This document shows positions 36,032 to 42,314 of a DNA stretch of 64,000 nt, one piece after another. A program made the position numbers and the translations under genes. Source of the DNA: Clostridiales bacterium (lineage in GTDB: Bacteria; Bacillota; Clostridia; Oscillospirales; CAG-272). The stretch lies in contig DULN01000010.1 of NCBI GenBank assembly GCA_012840355.1, positions 226,683-290,682 of the forward strand, read 5' to 3'. The notes beneath the pieces were generated by a model. That model was not told where the DNA came from and did not search any database. It was given only the letters and a program-made list of their open reading frames with translations. Each line of letters begins with the position of its first letter. The stretch's first letter is position 1.

Positions 36032-37410
36032 AATTCAATATCCTCAAGCGAAAACGCTTTTTGGGGATTCGCGTTGCCGGGGCTAGTTTCGCGCTCAAAT
36101 TCGGCTTCCGCGGGGATGCCGCCGTCGTATGCGGTCTTCAGCGTCACAACTCCGCTGCCCATTACTTCTTCGAATGTCGCCTTTGGGTTTTGAAGCAGGA
36201 TGTTTAGCACTTGCATATAGTCTCTTATAATCTCGCGCGGCGTTATCATGCTGTCCGCGCCCGCTCGCGCAAGGCAGGTTTTAAGGAACTCTACCTGCTG
36301 CTGCGTCGTTATGCGCGGCTCCCACGAGTGCGCCATGCCGTGAAGTTTCGTGATACGTGCGATAAGCGCCAAAAGCTCGTCGTCGGACAGCCTGCGCAGC
36401 CTTATGACGGGGCCGAGGATGTTTTTGTAGTCGAGGTTAGCAAACCTGCCGTCTGCCAGCCGCGAGCGCAGCGCCTCGTAGCTGAAAAGACCGCGGCGCG
36501 GGTCCTCGAGAAACTGCGGCGTCCCGCCGAGTATAATCGCAAGCCCGGGCGCGCGCCCGCCCAGCGCGTCGTTGAACATCGAGAGCAGCTTTTCGTAGTT
36601 GTTCTCGCGCGCGGTGCGGTTTGAGATTTTATAAAGGTTTACGCACTCATCGACAAATACGGCAAGCCCGCGGTAGCCAATCTTGCGGACAAATACCGCG
36701 AGGAGCTTTATATAGTCATACCAGTTCTCGTCGCCGATTATGTCGCCGACGCCGAGCGCGGCGCGGGCTTCGGTTTTGGTCGTAAACTCGCCGCGCAGCC
36801 AGCGCAGGCAAGCCGAGCGCTTCGCTTCTGACTCATCTGAATCCGAGCTCGAAGCTTCGTAGTAAAGCGTCAGCACCCGCGCGAAATCAAATCCTCCGAC
36901 CTGCCCCTCAAGCTCTCGACCAAGCGAATAGACGCGCGCCTTTAGCTCCACGTCAAACTGCGCGCTGCCTGGCTCAAGCCCCGACGCCGCAAGCTCCGAT
37001 CGCAGCTCGGACAGCCATTTTGAAATGATGATAGTCAGCGCGCCGCCGTCGGGCGCCGCTTTGGAGGCAAGGTTTTTAATAAGCTCGCGGTATGTCGCAA
37101 GTCCCGCCCCCTTGCCGCCGCAGAACCTGCGCTCGGGGGAAAGGTCGCAGTCGGCGGTGACAAAGCCGCGCTCGACCGCATAGCTGCGGATGAGCTGCAT
37201 GAGAAAGCTCTTCCCGCTCCCGTATTTGCCGATTATAAAACGCATCGAGCTGCCGCCCTCGTTTATAAGCTCGAGGTCGCCGAGCAACGCGTCTATTTCT
37301 TCGGCGCGGCCGATTGCAATATATGGCGCGCCGGTGCGGGGCACAACGCCCGCCGCGATTGAGTTTAGCAGGGCATTTAGTATCCTTTTTGGGATTTTTT
37401 GCTCTTCCAT
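36028..37410 (-). CDS. DUF2791 / BrxC-BrxD-type P-loop ATPase (SngB-like)
   Basis: N-terminus ILNALLNSIAAGVVPRTGAPYIAIGRAEEIDALL, Walker A GKYGSGKS (37207..37230), Walker B LAVFVDE. 460 aa. Its stop overlaps the LRR gene start (ATGA). Confidence 0.7.
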   Translation of the reverse strand: MEEQKIPKRILNALLNSIAAGVVPRTGAPYIAIGRAEEIDALLGDLELINEGGSSMRFIIGKYGSGKSFLMQLIRSYAVERGFVTADCDLSPERRFCGGKGAGLATYRELIKNLASKAAPDGGALTIIISKWLSELRSELAASGLEPGSAQFDVELKARVYSLGRELEGQVGGFDFARVLTLYYEASSSDSDESEAKRSACLRWLRGEFTTKTEARAALGVGDIIGDENWYDYIKLLAVFVRKIGYRGLAVFVDECVNLYKISNRTARENNYEKLLSMFNDALGGRAPGLAIILGGTPQFLEDPRRGLFSYEALRSRLADGRFANLDYKNILGPVIRLRRLSDDELLALIARITKLHGMAHSWEPRITTQQQVEFLKTCLARAGADSMITPREIIRDYMQVLNILLQNPKATFEEVMGSGVVTLKTAYDGGIPAEAEFERETSPGNANPQKAFSLEDIEL

Positions 37411-37429
37411 CTAAACACTCCGCCGCGTC

Positions 37430-39379
37430 CTACGCGCGGCCAAAATGCTCGTCAAGTTCAAAGACATAGTCTGGGACAAGCCTCCAGCCTGCTTTTTCGT
37501 CAGGCTCGGCAGCTATGTCGCCGATTATGTCATATGCGTACTCGTTCAGCTTTTCTATTAGTGTGTCGGGCAATATGTTAAGCCGCTCGGCAAGCGCGAT
37601 GAAGCCGCCCGTGTCGCCGTCTCGTAAAAATGCGAAAGCCTGCCGGCAAATATCAAACTCCGAGCCACCCTCTCCGCTAGCCTGCCCGCCGCCGGCAAGG
37701 ATTCTTGTATCCGAAAGCAGCGCTCCATTTAGCTTTTCATTTTCAGCCAAGCTGCTTTCGGGCGGTACGGAAGCCGGCAAATCTTTTGCCGAATCGTTTA
37801 TTTGCTCCGCCGCCGGCTCGTCGAAAGCCTCGATAAGCTTTTTGGTTGTTTCCCATGAGCTTCGCTCAAGCTCAAGCGCGGCTTCAGGCGAGATGCCGTG
37901 CGAGTCCGCCTCATAATAGCGCTCGTACTCCGGCGGCTCTTCGTCTTTTTTCTTGCGGCTTGCGCGGAGCGGCGCGAAATACTCCGCTATATATTTTTTT
38001 GCGGACTCCGGCAGGTTTGGCGTGCCAAACCGCGACTTAATGCCGAGCATCGCGCGGACGTTGTTCTCGGCATATTTTACCATATCGGTGACGATATAGC
38101 GCAGCTCGGGCGATCGCGTGCAGGAAAAATAAACTACCTCAATTTTGCGCTTTATCTCATACGAGCAAAGCGCGCCGGAGTATGCGTCCCGTACCGCGCG
38201 CTGGCGTATCCCATAGCTTTTCAGCGCTGAGCCGAGCAGGTTTAAGCCGTGCGGGCCTTCATTCCCGGTCGCTTCCTCTTGGAGCTTTTTGCAGGCGTAA
38301 AGGAAGGCGCCGCGGATATGCTCCTCGAACAAGTGGCGGTTTTCGTCGGTCATATATTTGCTGTGCCGCCAGTCGTAGCCAGAGTTAAAGCAGAAGAGCG
38401 CCTCGGCGAAAGGCATGTCTGAGCTGTCATTGCAGCCTACGTAAAACTCCTTAAACCTCGCGGCGGCTATGATTTGCGGGTATATCGCTTTCAGCCGCTC
38501 ATACGGAACCGGCAGTTTGTGGATGAGGCAGAGGTCGCATACCCATTCGGAAAGGTACCTGTCGAGCCTTGGGTGCTGCACCCTGTAGCCGAGCCATACG
38601 TCGCAAAGGCGGCTTAGCACCTCGTCCGGGCTTAAGACGTCCGAAAGGTTTATAAGCTCGTAAATATAAAGCATTACATAGCCGAAATCGGTGGGTGGGA
38701 ACTTGCCTTCGCGCACGAGCGAGCGCCAATAAAAGTACCATGCCCTCTGGTCGGCATTTAGCTGGACATACTGCGGCATAAAAGAGAAAAAGGGCGCCGG
38801 CCGGCATTCCTTTGCCGGATAGTCGAGGTATCGGCGCGCGTCGCTTCTAAAACGCTCGTAGAAAGTGTAAGGTGAAGGCCACTCGGATACCCGCACTTCG
38901 AAAATTAGCCTGTTATAGTCGGGCGTGTAGGTGAGATACGGTTGATTTTCGCCTTGCGCTGTGTTGGCGTGTGGGACGGCTTCGCCGCCGTTATCCCATG
39001 GCGAGATTCCCGGCGGGCGGTTGACGGCAGGCTCGCCGCTTTTTTCACCTTCACCCAAGCCGGGCTGGGCGGCACGGGACAAATCCCGCTCGGCGGCGGT
39101 CTCTGGGAACGGCTCAAGATCGCTGCCGCGCACAAGCAGCTTGTCGCGCATAAGCTCTTCAATCGTGGGCTTTTGCGGTTGGCTTTTTGCTTTGCCTTCA
39201 GTCCGGCGGGGGATTTTGGCGCCTTCTTCGGGCTCTTGTGCGTCGCCGTCCAAAATGCGCAAGAGAGCGGTGCCGGTGTCGTGATAGAAGCGGCGCAGCT
39301 TGCGCCTGGGACGCGTGGGCTCAAGGTCCCAAAACTCGTCGGGGCCGAGATCCCGGCCTTTATCGCTCACGTTCGGCAC
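37430..39379 (-). CDS. TerB-N / TerB-C domain protein (SngA-like)
   Basis: PFFSFMPQYVQLNADQRAWYFYWRSLVREGKFPPTDFGYVMLYIYELIN (TerB-N signature) and a C-terminal LIEKLNEYAYDIIGDIAAEP...LVPDYVFEL (TerB-C-like). The N-terminus is disordered for about 150 aa. GTG start with a weak RBS, so the start is uncertain. Confidence 0.7.
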   Translation of the reverse strand: MPNVSDKGRDLGPDEFWDLEPTRPRRKLRRFYHDTGTALLRILDGDAQEPEEGAKIPRRTEGKAKSQPQKPTIEELMRDKLLVRGSDLEPFPETAAERDLSRAAQPGLGEGEKSGEPAVNRPPGISPWDNGGEAVPHANTAQGENQPYLTYTPDYNRLIFEVRVSEWPSPYTFYERFRSDARRYLDYPAKECRPAPFFSFMPQYVQLNADQRAWYFYWRSLVREGKFPPTDFGYVMLYIYELINLSDVLSPDEVLSRLCDVWLGYRVQHPRLDRYLSEWVCDLCLIHKLPVPYERLKAIYPQIIAAARFKEFYVGCNDSSDMPFAEALFCFNSGYDWRHSKYMTDENRHLFEEHIRGAFLYACKKLQEEATGNEGPHGLNLLGSALKSYGIRQRAVRDAYSGALCSYEIKRKIEVVYFSCTRSPELRYIVTDMVKYAENNVRAMLGIKSRFGTPNLPESAKKYIAEYFAPLRASRKKKDEEPPEYERYYEADSHGISPEAALELERSSWETTKKLIEAFDEPAAEQINDSAKDLPASVPPESSLAENEKLNGALLSDTRILAGGGQASGEGGSEFDICRQAFAFLRDGDTGGFIALAERLNILPDTLIEKLNEYAYDIIGDIAAEPDEKAGWRLVPDYVFELDEHFGRA

Positions 39380-39412
39380 CTCGCTTTACGGTATTATCCA
39401 TCTTATCATATT

Positions 39413-39441
39413 ATTTTAGCATTATGGCGCGCCCTTGTCAA
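39413..39441 (-). promoter_or_regulatory. Sigma-A-type promoter of the TerB-ATPase-LRR-dtd array
   Basis: Minus strand: TTGACA (39441..39436), 17-nt spacer, TAAAAT (39418..39413). Confidence 0.55.
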
Positions 39442-39514
39442 TAAAGCCGCTGGAATTTATACCGCGCGTTGCCGCATGGTAGGGTTGTTTTTTGGCAAAT
39501 TTATCTATGATTCT

Positions 39515-39543
39515 TGTAATAAAATATGATTTAAGCTATAATA
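39515..39543 (+). promoter_or_regulatory. Sigma-A-type promoter of the AmmeMemoRadiSam pair
   Basis: TTGTAA (39515..39520), 17-nt spacer, TATAAT (39538..39543). Confidence 0.55.
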
Positions 39544-39578
39544 ATTACAAATATAAACGGGGACATGAGGTGAACATA

Positions 39579-40967
39579 ATGCCGGTCGTATCTGCTATAA
39601 TGGTTCCGCATCCGCCACTCATCGTTCCGGAAGTCGGCCGTGGGGAAGAGCGGAAGATTTCTGCCACTATCGCCGCATACAATACCGCGGCGAAGTTTTT
39701 GAAAGACTCGCAGCCCGAGACAATTGTGCTGACCACGCCGCACAGCCTTTTTTACTCAGATAGGTTTCACATATCGCCCGGCGAGTCGGCAAAGGGCAGC
39801 TTTGCTTCGTTTTTGGCGCCGAGCGTGCGGATAACCGTCGATTACGACACCGAGTTTGTCGACGCTCTCAAGAAGGAGGCGGCGAAAGTCGGGCTTCCCA
39901 TCGACACCTCGCCGGAGCGCGACCCCACGCTCGACCACGGCGCGATGGTCCCGCTGTATTTTATTCAGAAAGCGTACAGGCTTGGCAAGCTGCCCGCCGT
40001 CGTGCGGATAGGCCTTTCGGGGCTGCCGCTGACCGAGCATTACAGGCTCGGCATGCTTATCTCCGAAGTTGCGGACAGGCTCGGACGGCGCGTAGGCTTT
40101 GTCGCGAGCGGCGACCTTTCGCACCGGCTGCGCGAGGACGGGCCGTATGGTTACACGCCAGAGGGCCCGCAGTACGACGACAGGATAATGAACGTGATGG
40201 GCGAGGCAAACTTCGGCGAGCTTTTCGAGTTTGGCGAGGCGTTTTGCTACGCGGCGGGCGAGTGCGGGCACAGGTCGTTTACGATAATGGCTGGCGCGCT
40301 CGACCGGCGCGCTGTAAAAGCCGAGCGGCTGTCGTATGAGGGGCCGTTCGGCGTTGGGTACGGCGTCTGCATTTTCGAGCCAGGCGCGGCAGACCCGTCG
40401 CGCTGCTATCTCGAGTGCACTGCCAACACGCCTACCGCGCGCTCGTCTAACGATAGCGGCGACCCATATGTAAAGCTTGCGAAGCTCACGGTTGAAACTT
40501 ATGTCCGCGAAGGCAAACGCGCCAAAGTGCCTGACGGGCTGCCGGAGGAGCTCACCGGCCGCCGTGCGGGCGTCTTCGTGTCGCTGCACATCCGCGGCAG
40601 GCTGCGCGGCTGCATCGGCACAATTGAACCGACGACCCCAAGCGTCGCGGAGGAGATAATCCAAAACGGCATCAGCGCCTGTTCGCGCGACCCTCGCTTT
40701 GAGCCGGTTTCGCCCGAAGAGCTGCCGCTGCTTGAGTACAGCGTCGATGTTTTAAGCGAGCCCGAAAGGATTGACTCGCCGAGCCTGCTTGACCCTAAAC
40801 GCTACGGAGTCATAGTGGAGTACGGGTTCAGGCGCGGGCTGCTGCTCCCCGACCTTGAAGGCGTCGACACCGTAGAGGAGCAGATTGACATAGCGCGGCG
40901 CAAGGCGGGTATAGGGAAAAACGAGCCGTATACGCTATACAGGTTTGAGGTAGTGCGGCATGTCTGA
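39579..40967 (+). CDS. Fusion protein: class-III extradiol dioxygenase (LigB)/Memo-like domain + AMMECR1 domain (AmmeMemoRadiSam system)
   Basis: N-terminus MPVVSAIMVPHPPLIVPEVG and DLSHRL (LigB/Memo-like). C-terminus AGVFVSLHIRGRLRGCIGTIEP...SRDPRF (AMMECR1). Start set to the ATG at 39579 (RBS GAGGTGA). Confidence 0.75.
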   Translation: MPVVSAIMVPHPPLIVPEVGRGEERKISATIAAYNTAAKFLKDSQPETIVLTTPHSLFYSDRFHISPGESAKGSFASFLAPSVRITVDYDTEFVDALKKEAAKVGLPIDTSPERDPTLDHGAMVPLYFIQKAYRLGKLPAVVRIGLSGLPLTEHYRLGMLISEVADRLGRRVGFVASGDLSHRLREDGPYGYTPEGPQYDDRIMNVMGEANFGELFEFGEAFCYAAGECGHRSFTIMAGALDRRAVKAERLSYEGPFGVGYGVCIFEPGAADPSRCYLECTANTPTARSSNDSGDPYVKLAKLTVETYVREGKRAKVPDGLPEELTGRRAGVFVSLHIRGRLRGCIGTIEPTTPSVAEEIIQNGISACSRDPRFEPVSPEELPLLEYSVDVLSEPERIDSPSLLDPKRYGVIVEYGFRRGLLLPDLEGVDTVEEQIDIARRKAGIGKNEPYTLYRFEVVRHV

Positions 40968-41790
40968 AGTGACCTGCCACGTATGCTTCCGGCATTGCCA
41001 GATGAAAGAGGGCCAGCTTGGTTTTTGCGGCGCGCGGGCTTGCAAAGGTGGGCAGAGCGCCTGCGTAAATTACGGCAGGGTGACATCGATTGCGCTTGAC
41101 CCGGTAGAGAAAAAGCCGCTTGCGCGCTTTATGCCCGGGAAAACGGTGCTTTCGGTCGGCAGCTACGGCTGCAACATGAACTGCCCGTTCTGTCAAAATG
41201 ACTCGATTTCGCGCGCGTGCGCGGACGACGTGCCTTGGCGCTATATCCCTCCAGACGAGCTTGCCGCGCTCGCCAAGGCGAGAAAGCCTTTCGGCAACAT
41301 CGGTGCCGCTTTCACATATAACGAGCCGATGATAGGCTACGAGTATGTGCGCGACGCCGCAGCGGCTGTTAAAGCTCAGGGCATGGCTAATGTCGTTGTG
41401 ACAAACGGCGCGTTTTCGCAAGAGGTGCTCGAGGAAGTTTTGCCGTATATAGACGCGTTTAATATAGACCTCAAGTGTTTTACCGCCGAAGGCTACAGAA
41501 AGCTTGGTGGCGACCTAGACATGGTGCTAGCGTTTATTAAGACGGCGGCAAAAAGCGCACATGTCGAGCTGACGACGCTAATAGTGCCGGGTCTTAACGA
41601 CAACGAGGGCGAGATAAGGGAGCTTGCCGCGTGGGTAGCGTCGGTCGACCGCTCTATACCGCTGCACATCACAAGATTTTTCCCACGCAGCCGCTACAGC
41701 GACCGGCAGCCGACGCCGATAAGGACGCTTTACAGGCTCGCCGACGTGGCGCGCAAGGTTCTCGACACCGTGATTTTAGGCAATATCTGA
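40960..41790 (+). CDS. AmmeMemoRadiSam system radical SAM enzyme (PFL-activase-like)
   Basis: N-terminal Cys-rich CHVCFRHCQ...GFCGAR, radical SAM CNMNCPFCQN. 8-nt overlap with the upstream fusion gene. Confidence 0.8.
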   Translation: MSEVTCHVCFRHCQMKEGQLGFCGARACKGGQSACVNYGRVTSIALDPVEKKPLARFMPGKTVLSVGSYGCNMNCPFCQNDSISRACADDVPWRYIPPDELAALAKARKPFGNIGAAFTYNEPMIGYEYVRDAAAAVKAQGMANVVVTNGAFSQEVLEEVLPYIDAFNIDLKCFTAEGYRKLGGDLDMVLAFIKTAAKSAHVELTTLIVPGLNDNEGEIRELAAWVASVDRSIPLHITRFFPRSRYSDRQPTPIRTLYRLADVARKVLDTVILGNI

Positions 41791-41803
41791 TAAAAATAAA
41801 TAA

Positions 41804-41845
41804 AGCCGGGAACGGCGAAAACCGCGGTTCCCGGCTGATTTTGTC
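41804..41845. terminator. Bidirectional intrinsic terminator
   Basis: 10-bp stem agccgggaac (41804..41813) pairs with gttcccggct (41827..41836), followed by gattttg and preceded by an A-rich run. It lies between convergent genes. Confidence 0.65.
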
Positions 41846-41849
41846 CTAA

Positions 41850-42107
41850 TTATTTCCTGAAGCAGTCGCTGCAGTAAACTGGACGGTCGGTTTTGGGCTC
41901 GAAGGGCACCTTGCAAGCCTTGCCGCACTCGGAGCATACGGCGTCGTACATCTGGCGTGCGGGCTTACCGCGACGCGCGTCGCGGCAGGGTTTGCAGCGC
42001 TGCGGCTGATTGGTCAGTCCCTTTTCGGCGTAGAACTCCTGCTCGCCGGCGGTGAAGGTGAATTCGGCGCCGCAGTCGCGGCAAACGAGCGTTTTGTCTT
42101 TGTACAT
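41850..42107 (-). CDS. Zinc-ribbon protein with duplicated CxxC...CxxC modules
   Basis: CRDCGAEFTFTAGEQEFYAEKGLTNQPQRCKPCR and CSECGKACKVPFEPKTDRPVYCSDCF. 85 aa, basic. RBS GAGGTA. Confidence 0.7.
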   Translation of the reverse strand: MYKDKTLVCRDCGAEFTFTAGEQEFYAEKGLTNQPQRCKPCRDARRGKPARQMYDAVCSECGKACKVPFEPKTDRPVYCSDCFRK

Positions 42108-42123
42108 TACTAATACTATACCT

Positions 42124-42165
42124 CAAATAAAAATTGTGCCGCGGAGCCAGCGCTCGCGCGGCACA
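42124..42165 (-). promoter_or_regulatory. 5'-terminal terminator-like hairpin in the zinc-ribbon gene leader
   Basis: Minus strand: tgtgccgcg-c-gagc/gctc-cgcggcaca (13 bp with one bulge; 42165..42135), followed by aatttttatttg, then the RBS and the ATG at 42107. It begins about 2 nt after the predicted TSS. Confidence 0.5.
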
Positions 42166-42173
42166 GCGTATCT

Positions 42174-42202
42174 ATTATATGCTATGCGCGCATATAAGTC
42201 AA
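42174..42202 (-). promoter_or_regulatory. Near-consensus sigma-A-type promoter of the zinc-ribbon gene
   Basis: Minus strand: TTGACT (42202..42197), 17-nt spacer, TATAAT (42179..42174). Confidence 0.55.
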
Positions 42203-42314
42203 CTCTTTTTCAAAAAATATATTTGTTAATTAAATGTAAATATTGAAAGATTCGATTGAATTGTTTATAAGTCTTGCGTCAAACTATTATAAATAGCCTA
42301 TTTGGAGGTAATGT

